Shown here piece after piece: positions 20,701-30,069 of a stretch of 64,000 nt of DNA. Each line of letters begins with the position of its first letter. The stretch's first letter is position 1. Under the pieces are notes generated by a model. It saw only the letters and a list, made by a program, of their open reading frames with translations, was not told the DNA's origin and searched no databases. Both the position numbers and the translations under genes were made by a program. This stretch comes from Eledone cirrhosa (Eukaryota), in NCBI GenBank assembly GCA_964016885.1, contig OZ024741.1:124744001-124808000 (forward strand), written 5' to 3'.

Positions 20701-21146
20701 CGTGCATCTAAGATCCCGTTCCAGTCGCCCACTAACACTAAAGAGCGGGACGTTCCAAGAAAGGTCTCCAGACGCCGGAAGAAATCAGGCCGCCCTGCTC
20801 CTGTCGGGGCATAGACGGCCACTAGCCTGAAAGCTTGCCCGTCTCCGCTGGTCACGTCCAGCACCACCAGCTTACCCTCTGGGTCCAGGAAGATGGCCCG
20901 TATGGCGAGATCCAAACCTCTCCGAAAAAGCACAGCAACTCCTCCACCCGATCCAGGACGGCTGGGAGATGCGTACACATCGTAGCCGCCGAAGATCGGT
21001 GCGAAGGCCCGTGCTTCGGAGATTCTGGTCTCGCTGATGGCCACTACATCTATGTTTAGTGACCTGAGGTCGTTGAGCAGGTGACCCTGCTTCCATGACG
21101 ACCCCAAGCCACGCGCATTTATGCTGCCTATTCTGAGTGAGGTCAT
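17727..21146 (-). CDS. ORF2 APE-RT-Zn finger, 1139 aa (E4)
   Basis: Same motifs; open frame. Confidence 0.97.
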   Translation of the reverse strand: MTSLRIGSINARGLGSSWKQGHLLNDLRSLNIDVVAISETRISEARAFAPIFGGYDVYASPSRPGSGGGVAVLFRRGLDLAIRAIFLDPEGKLVVLDVTSGDGQAFRLVAVYAPTGAGRPDFFRRLETFLGTSRSLVLVGDWNGILDARWDCVGLADRGGGCKSLTNLLRRFELSDRYRLDFPNVPMWTWTNRIGSSRSYLDRVFCREIDRSSIGCPQFKIVGYTDHKFVTCVLDLDRLHRRGPGYWKLNASLPARKAYRDRISELVKRALTGAIVNNKWWFALKRAIRIESIRFSKALAIEKNRAEGELVRKLDEALSKGIATDVLAAKLALDQFFNAKHEGCVVRARVRALRHEGTKAVQWARVAEARRGNKATIRSLVDHDGRMLLDPGQMCEAFQRHFAQLFGGSGGPGRGMDFSVYLDGLPRLSATEAKSCEKPITAAEVREAMTGCTRGKSPGLDGLPYELYVQMPDLFGGLLADVYGNWQQNGRIPSSVSRGAVALLRKDPNKGDNIDNFRPITLLNTEFKILAKVLAKRLALVVGGLVGEAQTCAIPDRSIHDNLHLMRYIVERVAREPGTGGSLINLDQSKAFDRVDHRYLAAVLRAAGFGPVFRGWIAAMHSDICSVVRVNGHLSEPFNIMRSVRQGCPLSSLLYVLTLEPLLHKLETLRGVPRELGCGRSVSAYADDVTVVVSNAKHIEAIGTTLREYEAVTGAMINQEKSVGLQLGTWRGRSMPSNSVVGRWTDGPVKLLGVWFGPDLQTDKNWDEVTSRVASLTQKWAERKLSLKGRAEVANAYIASVICYRLTVVPCPKPRLTALERLLFRFLWKGRAPMVRRSICCQHPLRGGLGMPWLMMRRHALRLRHLHLFLDGDQVWSPFARRVFPQLVSLTELQSWVKRRPRGSAWRLECLQALTALDQSGNVIGGNSTSAFYRGLVEGKSDDVLGETLGVDENQLANLFGRTFGPGPMDNFQKSLAWQCYRGALPVRDKLYRHGGAVSRACPRCAQGNETVLHALVQCPKIADLWVYVEHLLSRLGRIQLSSESIVRIAPPSSFSREGQAVFICLVAMAKEIVWWTRLKGLKTSTYLFGDALIDFFKFHLKRKIRVEKEVLSSQHFVERWVREARMARVNGPTLSIYL

Positions 21147-21181
21147 GTTTAAAATAGAGTGGAAAAGATGGGAAAGACCAC

Positions 21182-23275
21182 TTACCGTACTTTTGGTAGA
21201 GGAGGGATGGTTTTTACATCCCTTTTCACTTGATCGTCTGGTGAAGGGACCGTTGAATCGTCCCTTCTGCTGGTCGTCGGCTCTTCTAAGAGAATGTCTG
21301 AATATACTCTTCGATTAATGGTTCCTCCTAGGTCCCTGAAATCACCAACTGCGTTGGGGAATTTCGTTTTAATGTTTGTGTATTGTTTCTGTGCTATTTT
21401 TAGCAGTCTTATGTTAGTTGGCGTTTTGATTGGTGCTGGTATTATGTAGTCCTGTTGTGAAATGTCTGTGTGTTCAATTATGTAAGTCATTAGTTTCTTG
21501 TTGTGTGTGTTTATTGCCGTGCATTTGTTTTTCTGGGGGTGGGGTGTGGTTCTGCTATTTTCTTGTCGTTGTTGCTGGGTGTGTGTGTTTTGTTGTTGTG
21601 TTTGCGATGTTGGTGCTTGTGGTGGTGGTGTTGAAGGTGTTGTTGGCGGTGGGGTTGTCGCCGGTGGTGATGGTGGTGCTGGTGTGGGTGGTGATGGTGT
21701 TGGTGGTGTTGCTGCTGTGGGTCTCTTTGCAGTAGACTTTACCCTTTTCTCATTTCTTTCCTCCCTTTTCAAAGGCGACGATGCGCTGCTTCTGCGTTTG
21801 TGCCTTCTTACGACCTTTTGCCATCCCTCTCCCACCTCACACTCCATGTCTGATTCTGTGAGGTCGGGGAGGGGTACCAGCTCCACTCTTTCACTTGTTG
21901 TTGGTGATGTTTGCACTGGAGTCTCTGTTGCAGCTGCATTTGGTATTGCTGTTGTTGTTGTTAATATTTCCACTGCTGCTGCTGTTTTTGATTTCCGTGG
22001 AGTGGGTATGGGTGCCACGGACCTATCGTTCCTGGTTGCCGCTTGTCCTGTTGCTGGTAGCCGTGGAGCCGGATTCGGAAGGAGGGGGGTTTTCTCCTTT
22101 CTCAGGGTCTCCTCGTTGCAGAAGGCCCTGAGGTGAGTCTTCGATCCACAGCGAAAGCATTTCGGGCGTTTGCCCTCAACACTTATGGGCAGTTGAGTGC
22201 CGTTATCGAAGTCTATCACATCCGGGATAGCTTCGATGCACTCCTGGTTGGTTTGGATTAGCATCTCAATGGAGGAGCCGACCCAATCTTCTCTTACTTT
22301 TTTCTGTACTTGCAGTACAGTTGTTTTGTCCTCGATTCCGACGAGGACAGACGCGGCCAGCCAAGAAGGGGTCATTCCGGGGGGGACGTGGGTTAGTTTG
22401 ACCCTCACAATTTTTTGCCCACAGTAGGAGGGCACCAACACCATTTCCTCGCTCCTTAGGGTCACTACTGATTGGGCCTTTGCCTCCTGGGGTGTGGCAA
22501 AAAGTACGTCTACGGTGGCATATTTTTTGCCTCGGGTGATGTGCGTTTTCCGCTGCCACACAGACCCCAAGGCTTTTTGTATTTGGGCCTCTGTGGCTCT
22601 TTCCACCCTACGGGATTTTGTACTTACTGTACGGTACGTGACCGTACAGTGCTCTTGGGTTTCGAAAAACTTTTCCGCTGCCTTGCAGATTGCTCGGTGT
22701 CCGTTCTTTGTAACCATCTTCTTCGCTTCCTCTAATTCCTCATTTGTTATGAGGATTGTTTCCAAGTTTTTCGCAATACCTGCAAATGAGATTGGTTTTT
22801 CTCTGCTGTTGTTGTTGTCGTCAGAGCTGCTGGTACTTTTGTTGTTGCTGCAGGTACTACGACTACTGCCTCCGCCGCTGTTGCTGTGGTTGTTGTTGGT
22901 GTTGCTGCTGCTAATGCTGTTGTTGTTTATGCTGCTGGTGATGCTGTTGCGGCTGCTACTGTTGTTTTCATTGTCACTGTTGCTGTTGTTATTACGGCTG
23001 CTACTGCTATTATTCCTGACGTCAGACGAATGAACTGGGTTTTCGTATTTCCCGCACACCTGTTTCGTCGCTGTCGTCGTCGTCGTGGAGAAACCTTGCA
23101 CGCTTTGCACGAGACTTTTCTTTTCTTTCGTCACTTGCGAAAGAGAAGGGAGGGAGAGAGACACATTTAAAGAAGGGAGGGAGAGAGACAATCTTCTCTC
23201 TGCTGTAGTGATGATTGAGGAAGAAGAAGACGGAATGAGTGGGAGTGACGTATGAAATTTCTTTTTCGTAGCCAT
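21182..23275 (-). CDS. ORF1 with CCHC zinc knuckle, 697 aa (E4)
   Basis: Open frame; protein appears identical to E3 ORF1. Confidence 0.92.
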   Translation of the reverse strand: MATKKKFHTSLPLIPSSSSSIITTAERRLSLSLPSLNVSLSLPSLSQVTKEKKSLVQSVQGFSTTTTTATKQVCGKYENPVHSSDVRNNSSSSRNNNSNSDNENNSSSRNSITSSINNNSISSSNTNNNHSNSGGGSSRSTCSNNKSTSSSDDNNNSREKPISFAGIAKNLETILITNEELEEAKKMVTKNGHRAICKAAEKFFETQEHCTVTYRTVSTKSRRVERATEAQIQKALGSVWQRKTHITRGKKYATVDVLFATPQEAKAQSVVTLRSEEMVLVPSYCGQKIVRVKLTHVPPGMTPSWLAASVLVGIEDKTTVLQVQKKVREDWVGSSIEMLIQTNQECIEAIPDVIDFDNGTQLPISVEGKRPKCFRCGSKTHLRAFCNEETLRKEKTPLLPNPAPRLPATGQAATRNDRSVAPIPTPRKSKTAAAVEILTTTTAIPNAAATETPVQTSPTTSERVELVPLPDLTESDMECEVGEGWQKVVRRHKRRSSASSPLKREERNEKRVKSTAKRPTAATPPTPSPPTPAPPSPPATTPPPTTPSTPPPQAPTSQTQQQNTHTQQQRQENSRTTPHPQKNKCTAINTHNKKLMTYIIEHTDISQQDYIIPAPIKTPTNIRLLKIAQKQYTNIKTKFPNAVGDFRDLGGTINRRVYSDILLEEPTTSRRDDSTVPSPDDQVKRDVKTIPPLPKVR

Positions 23276-23490
23276 GTTGTTTTTTGTTTAAAATGAAATT
23301 TTGGGTACAAAACCCCAATAACTGGTTATTTAACCCCGAAGGGCCAAATAACGGACAGAAAGACCCCTCTCACGAGGAGGAGGGTGTCTTTATCAACAAT
23401 TTGGTTCAAGTTTTAAACAATTTACAATTGTTTTAACGGTTAAAAATTACTATACCTTACAGAGCCGAGCCTCCGTCAACCATGGCATTC

Positions 23491-23526
<36 letters not shown>

Positions 23527-23557
23527 AAAAAAAAGAAATATATATATATATACATAT

Positions 23558-23590
<33 letters not shown>

Positions 23591-23617
23591 TACACATACA
23601 CACACACATACATTAAT
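23491..23617. repeat. Inter-element spacer 4 (127 bp): identical to spacer 3
   Basis: Matches 35837-35963. Confidence 0.9.
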
Positions 23618-23879
23618 GATTTCTTTATTAACCACAAGGGTTTACATAAAGTAGACATTAAGGACAGTGCAGGACAATGCAGGACGGTACAAATGGGCAT
23701 TTCTGCGTGTAAAAAAACAAAAACAAAGGATGTAACAAAAATAACAATGAAAATAACAATGAAAAATTCCCCAATAGGGGGGAGACTTCGGAGGGACATT
23801 TGTGGAGAAAGCCCAGTAAAAAGCCACAATGACCCTGACCACCAAGGCAAGTGCCCTCTCCCAGTTTTCCAACTTTAGT

Positions 23880-26800
23880 TTACAGATATATACTCAGAGT
23901 CGGCCCATTCACTCGGGCCATTCTTGCTTCTCTCACCCATCTTTCAACAAAATGCTGGGAAGAGAGCACTTCCTTCTCTACTCTGATTTTCCTTTTCAAA
24001 TGAAATTTGAAAAAGTCAATCAGAGCATCACCGAAGAGGTAAGTGCTCGTCTTCAGCCCTTTCAAACGTGTCCACCATACTATCTCTTTCGCCATGGCCA
24101 CCAGACAGATAAAAACTGCCTGCCCTTCCCGGCTAAAGGAGGAGGGCGGGGCAATCCTCACGATAGACTCAGATGATAGCTGGATCCGTCCTAAACGCGA
24201 CAGCAGGTGTTCGACATAAACCCACAAGTCAGCAATTTTCGGACACTGGACGAGTGCGTGCAGGACGGTTTCGTTGCCCTGCGCGCATCTCGGACATGCC
24301 CGGCTGACGGCACCTCCATGCCTGTAGAGTTTATCCCGAACTGGCAAGGCTCCTCGGTAGCACTGCCAGGCCAGAGATTTCTGGAAGTTGTCCATAGGCC
24401 CTGGCCCGAAAGTTCTTCCGAAGAGATTGGCTAGTTGATTTTCGTCGACGCCTAGAGTTTCCCCAAGTACGTCGTCGCTCTTCCCCTCCACTAATCCTCT
24501 ATAGAACGCCGAGGTGGAGTTTCCACCGATCACATTGCCCGATTGGTCGAGGGCTGTGAGCGCCTGAAGACATTCCAGTCTCCAGGCGCTCCCTCTCGGT
24601 CTTCGCTTGACCCAGGACTGCAGCTCCGTCAAGGAAACGAGCTGGGGAAAAACGCGTCTAGCAAACGGCGACCACACCTGATCACCGTCGAGGAAGAGGT
24701 GGAGATGTCGTAGCCTGAGCGCGTGCCTGCGCATCATCAGCCACGGCATGCCCAGCCCTCCACGTAGCGGGTGTTGACAACAGATGGACCGCCTGACCAT
24801 CGGAGCACGTCCCTTCCACAAAAAGCGAAAGAGCAAACGCTCCAGCGCAGTCAGGCGAGGCTTAGGACAAGGTACGACGGTTAGGCGGTAGCAGATGACA
24901 GACGCGATGTACGCGTTAGCCACCTCCGCTCGACCTTTCAGGGATAGCTTCCTCTCCGCCCATTTCTGGGTGAGAGAAGCCACCCTGCTCGTCACCTCGT
25001 CCCAGTTTTTGTCCGTCTGGAGGTCCGGACCGAACCAGACCCCTAGCAATTTAACCGGTCCGTCCGTCCAGCGCCCGACGACGCTGTTGGACGGCATGGA
25101 CCTGCCTCTCCAGGTGCCGAGCTGCAGGCCCACTGACTTTTCCTGGTTGATCATTGCTCCTGTCACCGCTTCGTATTCTCTTAGTGTAGTGCCGATCGCC
25201 TCGATGTGTTTGGCGTTCGACACCACTACGGTGACATCGTCCGCATATGCTGACACGGATCTTCCGCATCCTAGTTCGCGCGGGACTCCCCTCAACGTCT
25301 CCAGTTTGTGCAGTAATGGCTCGAGAGTCAATACGTACAAGAGGGACGAGAGGGGACATCCTTGGCGGACCGAGCGCATGATGTTGAACGGTTCCGACAG
25401 GTGACCGTTCACTCTCACCACAGAGCAGATGTCGCTGTGCATGGCAGCGATCCAGCCTCTGAAGACGGGCCCAAAGCCAGCCGCCCTCAGGACTGCCGCT
25501 AGGTAACGATGGTCGACCCTATCGAAAGCTTTCGACTGATCTAAATTGATCAAGGACCCACCCGTGCCAGGTTCCCTAGCTACCCTCTCTACGATGTATC
25601 GCATGAGGTGGAGGTTGTCGTGGATGGATCTGTCGGGAATGGCGCATGTCTGCGCCTCTCCCACCAGACCACCAACGACAAGCGCCAACCTCTTTGCTAG
25701 CACCTTGGCCAAAATCTTAAACTCTGTGTTTAGCAGAGTTATGGGCCGGAAATTGTCTATGTTATCCCCCTTGTTCGGATCCTTTCTCAGCAGTGCCACC
25801 GCTCCTCGGCTCACAGAACTGGGAATTCTCCCGTTCTGTTGCCAGTTGCAGTAGACGTCCGCCAAGAGGCCTCCGAACAAGTCTGGCATCTGTACGTAAA
25901 GTTCATAGGGCAGACCATCCAAACCAGGCGATTTACCCCTTGTGCAGCCAGTCATTGCCTCCCGTACTTCAGCGGCTGTTATCGGCTTTTCGCAACACTT
26001 CGCCTCAGTGGCCGAGAGCCGCGGCAGTCCGTCGAGGTAGACACTAAAGTCCATCCCTCTACCCGGCCCCCCGCTGCCCCCGAACAGCTGAGCGAAGTGT
26101 CGCTGAAAAGCTTCACACATTTGCCCGGGATCGAGTAGCATGCGCCCGTCGTGGTCCACCAAAGACCGGATCGTGGCTTTGTTGCCACGACGCGCCTCCG
26201 CCACTCGGGCCCATTGAACGGCTTTCGTCCCCTCGTGTCTGAGAGCACGCACCCTAGCTCTGACAACGCAGCCTTCGTGCTTTGCATTGAAGAATTGGTC
26301 AAGGGCCAATTTCGCCGCAAGCACGTCGGTCGCAATGCCTTTGCTAAGCGCCTCGTCTAATTTTCTAACTAGTTCTCCCTCTGCTCTATTTTTCTCTATT
26401 GCTAAAGCCTTACTAAACCTAATCGATTCTATTCTAATCGCTCTTTTCAGAGCAAACCACCACTTGTTGTTGACGATGGCCCCCGTCAACGCCCGCTTAA
26501 CTAGTTCGCTAATCCGGTCTCTGTAGGCCTTGCGCGCTGGTAAGGACGCGTTTAGCTTCCAGTAGCCGGGTCCTCGTCTATGAAGCCTATCTAAGTCAAG
26601 CACACAGGTCACGAATTTGTGGTCCGTGTAGCCGACTATCTTGAATTGTGGACAGCCTATGCTAGACCTATCTATTTCCCTACAAAATACTCTATCTAGA
26701 TATGATCTGGATGACCCTATGCGGTTTGTCCAAGTCCACATTGGCACATTCGGGAAATCCAATCGGTACCTGTCAGACAGTTCAAAACGCCTGAGCAGGT

Positions 26801-27299
26801 TGGTGAGGCTCTTGCACCCTCCACCCCTATCCGCTAATCCCACACAGTCCCAGCGTGCATCTAAGATCCCGTTCCAGTCGCCCACTAACACTAAAGAGCG
26901 GGACGTTCCAAGAAAGGTCTCCAGACGCCGGAAGAAATCAGGCCGCCCTGCTCCTGTCGGGGCATAGACGGCCACTAGCCTGAAAGCTTGCCCGTCTCCG
27001 CTGGTCACGTCCAGCACCACCAGCTTACCCTCTGGGTCCAGGAAGATGGCCCGTATGGCGAGATCCAAACCTCTCCGAAAAAGCACAGCAACTCCTCCAC
27101 CCGATCCAGGACGGCTGGGAGATGCGTACACATCGTAGCCGCCGAAGATCGGTGCGAAGGCCCGTGCTTCGGAGATTCTGGTCTCGCTGATGGCCACTAC
27201 ATCTATGTTTAGTGACCTGAGGTCGTTGAGCAGGTGACCCTGCTTCCATGACGACCCCAAGCCACGCGCATTTATGCTGCCTATTCTGAGTGAGGTCAT
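23880..27299 (-). CDS. ORF2 APE-RT-Zn finger, 1139 aa (E5)
   Basis: Same motifs; open frame. Confidence 0.97.
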   Translation of the reverse strand: MTSLRIGSINARGLGSSWKQGHLLNDLRSLNIDVVAISETRISEARAFAPIFGGYDVYASPSRPGSGGGVAVLFRRGLDLAIRAIFLDPEGKLVVLDVTSGDGQAFRLVAVYAPTGAGRPDFFRRLETFLGTSRSLVLVGDWNGILDARWDCVGLADRGGGCKSLTNLLRRFELSDRYRLDFPNVPMWTWTNRIGSSRSYLDRVFCREIDRSSIGCPQFKIVGYTDHKFVTCVLDLDRLHRRGPGYWKLNASLPARKAYRDRISELVKRALTGAIVNNKWWFALKRAIRIESIRFSKALAIEKNRAEGELVRKLDEALSKGIATDVLAAKLALDQFFNAKHEGCVVRARVRALRHEGTKAVQWARVAEARRGNKATIRSLVDHDGRMLLDPGQMCEAFQRHFAQLFGGSGGPGRGMDFSVYLDGLPRLSATEAKCCEKPITAAEVREAMTGCTRGKSPGLDGLPYELYVQMPDLFGGLLADVYCNWQQNGRIPSSVSRGAVALLRKDPNKGDNIDNFRPITLLNTEFKILAKVLAKRLALVVGGLVGEAQTCAIPDRSIHDNLHLMRYIVERVAREPGTGGSLINLDQSKAFDRVDHRYLAAVLRAAGFGPVFRGWIAAMHSDICSVVRVNGHLSEPFNIMRSVRQGCPLSSLLYVLTLEPLLHKLETLRGVPRELGCGRSVSAYADDVTVVVSNAKHIEAIGTTLREYEAVTGAMINQEKSVGLQLGTWRGRSMPSNSVVGRWTDGPVKLLGVWFGPDLQTDKNWDEVTSRVASLTQKWAERKLSLKGRAEVANAYIASVICYRLTVVPCPKPRLTALERLLFRFLWKGRAPMVRRSICCQHPLRGGLGMPWLMMRRHALRLRHLHLFLDGDQVWSPFARRVFPQLVSLTELQSWVKRRPRGSAWRLECLQALTALDQSGNVIGGNSTSAFYRGLVEGKSDDVLGETLGVDENQLANLFGRTFGPGPMDNFQKSLAWQCYRGALPVRDKLYRHGGAVSRACPRCAQGNETVLHALVQCPKIADLWVYVEHLLSRLGRIQLSSESIVRIAPPSSFSREGQAVFICLVAMAKEIVWWTRLKGLKTSTYLFGDALIDFFKFHLKRKIRVEKEVLSSQHFVERWVREARMARVNGPTLSIYL

Positions 27300-27334
27300 G
27301 TTTAAAATAGAGTGGAAAAGATGGGAAAGACCAC

Positions 27335-29431
27335 TTACCGTACTTTTGGTAGAGGAGGGATGGTTTTTACATCCCTTTTCACTTGATCGTCTGGTGAAGG
27401 GACCGTTGAATCGTCCCTTCGGCTGGTCGTCGGCTCTTCTAAGAGAATGTCTGAATATACTCTTCGATTAATGGTTCCTCCTAGGTCCCTGAAATCACCA
27501 ACTGCGTTGGGGAATTTCGTTTTAATGTTTGTGTATTGTTTCTGTGCTATTTTTAGCAGTCTTATGTTAGTTGGCGTTTTGATTGGTGCTGGTATTATGT
27601 AGTCCTGTTGTGAAATGTCTGTGTGTTCAATTATGTAAGTCATTAGTTTCTTGTTGTGTGTGTTTATTGCCGTGCATTTGTTTTTCTGGGGGTGAGGTGT
27701 GGTTCTGCTATTTTCTTGTCGTTGTTGCTGGGTGTGTGTGTTTTGTTGTTGTGTTTGCGATGTTGGTGCTTGTGGTGGTGGTGTTGAAGGTGTTGTTGGC
27801 GGTGGGGTTGTCGCCGGTGGTGATGGTGGTGCTGGTGTGGGTGGTGATGGTGTTGGTGGTGTTGCTGCTGTGGGTCTCTTTGCAGTAGACTTTACCCTTT
27901 TCTCATTTCTTTCCTCCCTTTTCAAAGGCGACGATGCGCTGCTTCTGCGTTTGTGCCTTCTTGAGACCTTTTGCCATCCCTCTCCCACCTCACACTCCAT
28001 GTCTGATTCTGTAAGGTCGGGGAGGGGTACCAGCTCCACTCTTTCACTTGTTGTTGTTGGTGATGTTTGCACTGGAGTCTCTGTTGCAGCTGCATTTGGT
28101 ATTGCTGTTGTTGTTGTTAATATTTCCACTGCTGCTGCTGTCTTTGATTTCCGTGGAGTGGGTATGGGTGCCACGGACCTATCGTTCCTGGTTGCCGCTT
28201 GTCCTGTTGCTGGTAGCCGTGGAACCGGATTCGGGAGGAGGGGGGTTTTCTCCTTTCTCATGGTCTTCTCGTTGCAGAAGGCCCTGAGGTGAGTCTTCGA
28301 TCCACAGCGAAAGCATTTCGGGCGTTTGCCCTCAACACTTATGGGCAGTTGAGTGCCGTTATCGAAGTCTATCACATCCGGGATAGCTTCGATGCACTCC
28401 TGGTTGGTTTGGATTAGCATCTCAATGGAGGAGCCGACCCAATCTTCTCTTACTTTTTTCTGTACTTGCAGTACAGTTGTTTTGTCCTCGATTCCGACGA
28501 GGACAGACGCGGCCAGCCAAGAAGGGGTCATTCCGGGGGGGACGTGGGTCAGTTTGACCCTCACAATTTTTTGCCCGCAGTAGGAGGGCACCAACACCAT
28601 TTCCTCGCTCCTTAGGGTCACTACTGATTGGGCCTTTGCCTCCTGGGGTGTGGCAAAAAGTACGTCTACGGTGGCGTATTTTTTGCCTCGGGTGATGTGC
28701 GTTTTCCTCTGCCACACAGACCCCAAGGCTTTTTGTATTTGGGCCTCTGTGGCTCTTTCCACCCTACGGGATTTTGTACTTACTGTACGGTACGTGACCG
28801 TACAGTGCTCTTGGGTTTCGAAAAAATTTTTCGCTGCCTTGCAGATTGCTCGGTGTCCGTTCTTTGTCACCATCTTCTTCGCTTCCTCTAATTCCTCATT
28901 TGTTATGAGGATTGTTTCCAGGTTTTTCGCAATACCTGCAAATGAGATTGGTTTTTCTCTGCTGTTGTTGTTGTCGTCAGAGCTGCTGGTACTTTTGTTG
29001 TTGCTGCAGGTACTACGACTACTGCCTCCGCCGCTGTTGCTGTGGTTGTTGTTGGTGTTGCTGCTGCTAATGCTGTTGTTGTTTATGCTGCTGGTGATGC
29101 TGTTGCGGCTGCTACTGTTGTTTTCATTGTCACTGTTGCTGTTGTTATTACGGCTGCTACTGCTATTATTCCTGACGTCAGACGAATGAACTGGGTTTTC
29201 GTATTTCCCGCACACCTGTTTCGTCGCTGTCGTCGTCGTCGTGGAGAAACCTTGCACGCTTTGCACGAGACTTTTCTTTTCTTTCGTCACTTGCGAAAGA
29301 GAAGGGAGGGAGAGAGACACATTTAAAGAAGGGAGGGAGAGAGACAATCTTCTCTCTGCTGTAGTGATGATTGAGGAAGAAGAAGACGGAATGAGTGGGA
29401 GTGACGTATGAAATTTCTTTTTCGTAGCCAT
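27335..29431 (-). CDS. ORF1 with CCHC zinc knuckle, 698 aa (E5)
   Basis: Open frame with CX2CX4HX4C. Confidence 0.92.
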   Translation of the reverse strand: MATKKKFHTSLPLIPSSSSSIITTAERRLSLSLPSLNVSLSLPSLSQVTKEKKSLVQSVQGFSTTTTTATKQVCGKYENPVHSSDVRNNSSSSRNNNSNSDNENNSSSRNSITSSINNNSISSSNTNNNHSNSGGGSSRSTCSNNKSTSSSDDNNNSREKPISFAGIAKNLETILITNEELEEAKKMVTKNGHRAICKAAKNFFETQEHCTVTYRTVSTKSRRVERATEAQIQKALGSVWQRKTHITRGKKYATVDVLFATPQEAKAQSVVTLRSEEMVLVPSYCGQKIVRVKLTHVPPGMTPSWLAASVLVGIEDKTTVLQVQKKVREDWVGSSIEMLIQTNQECIEAIPDVIDFDNGTQLPISVEGKRPKCFRCGSKTHLRAFCNEKTMRKEKTPLLPNPVPRLPATGQAATRNDRSVAPIPTPRKSKTAAAVEILTTTTAIPNAAATETPVQTSPTTTSERVELVPLPDLTESDMECEVGEGWQKVSRRHKRRSSASSPLKREERNEKRVKSTAKRPTAATPPTPSPPTPAPPSPPATTPPPTTPSTPPPQAPTSQTQQQNTHTQQQRQENSRTTPHPQKNKCTAINTHNKKLMTYIIEHTDISQQDYIIPAPIKTPTNIRLLKIAQKQYTNIKTKFPNAVGDFRDLGGTINRRVYSDILLEEPTTSRRDDSTVPSPDDQVKRDVKTIPPLPKVR

Positions 29432-29646
29432 GTTGTTTTTTGTTTAAAATGAAATTTTGGGTACAAAACCCCAATAACTGGTTATTTAACCCCGAAGGGC
29501 CAAATAACGGACAGAAAGACCCCTCTCACGAGGAGGAGGGTGTCTTTATCAACAATTTGGTTCAAGTTTTAAACAATTTACAATTGTTTTAACGGTTAAA
29601 AATTACTATACCTTACAGAGCCGAGCCTCCGTCAACCATGGCATTC

Positions 29647-29682
<36 letters not shown>

Positions 29683-29713
29683 AAAAAAAAGAAATATATA
29701 TATATATACATAT

Positions 29714-29746
<33 letters not shown>

Positions 29747-29806
29747 TACACATACACACACACATACATTAATAACAATAATAATAATAATAATAACAAC
29801 AATAAT
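29647..29806. repeat. Inter-element spacer 5 (160 bp): copy of upstream flank
   Basis: Matches 35837-35996. Confidence 0.9.
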
Positions 29807-30069
29807 GATTTCTTTATTAACCACAAGGGTTTACATAAAGTAGACATTAAGGACAGTGCAGGACAATGCAGGACGGTACAAATGGGCATTTCTGCGTGTA
29901 AAAAAAACAAAAATAGAGGATGTAACAAAAATAACAATGAAAATAACAATGAAAAATTCCCCAATAGGGGGGAGACTTCGGAGGGACATTTGTGGAGAAA
30001 GCCCAGTAAAAAGCCACAATGACCCTGACCACCAAGGCAAGTGCCCTCTCCCAGTTTTCCACCTTTAGT

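Larger units (their letters stand above)
17465..23490 (-). mobile_element. L1/Tx1-like retrotransposon copy E4 (full length, intact)
   Basis: Two intact ORFs and the same termini. Confidence 0.96.
23618..29646 (-). mobile_element. L1/Tx1-like retrotransposon copy E5 (full length, intact)
   Basis: Two intact ORFs and the same termini. Confidence 0.96.
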
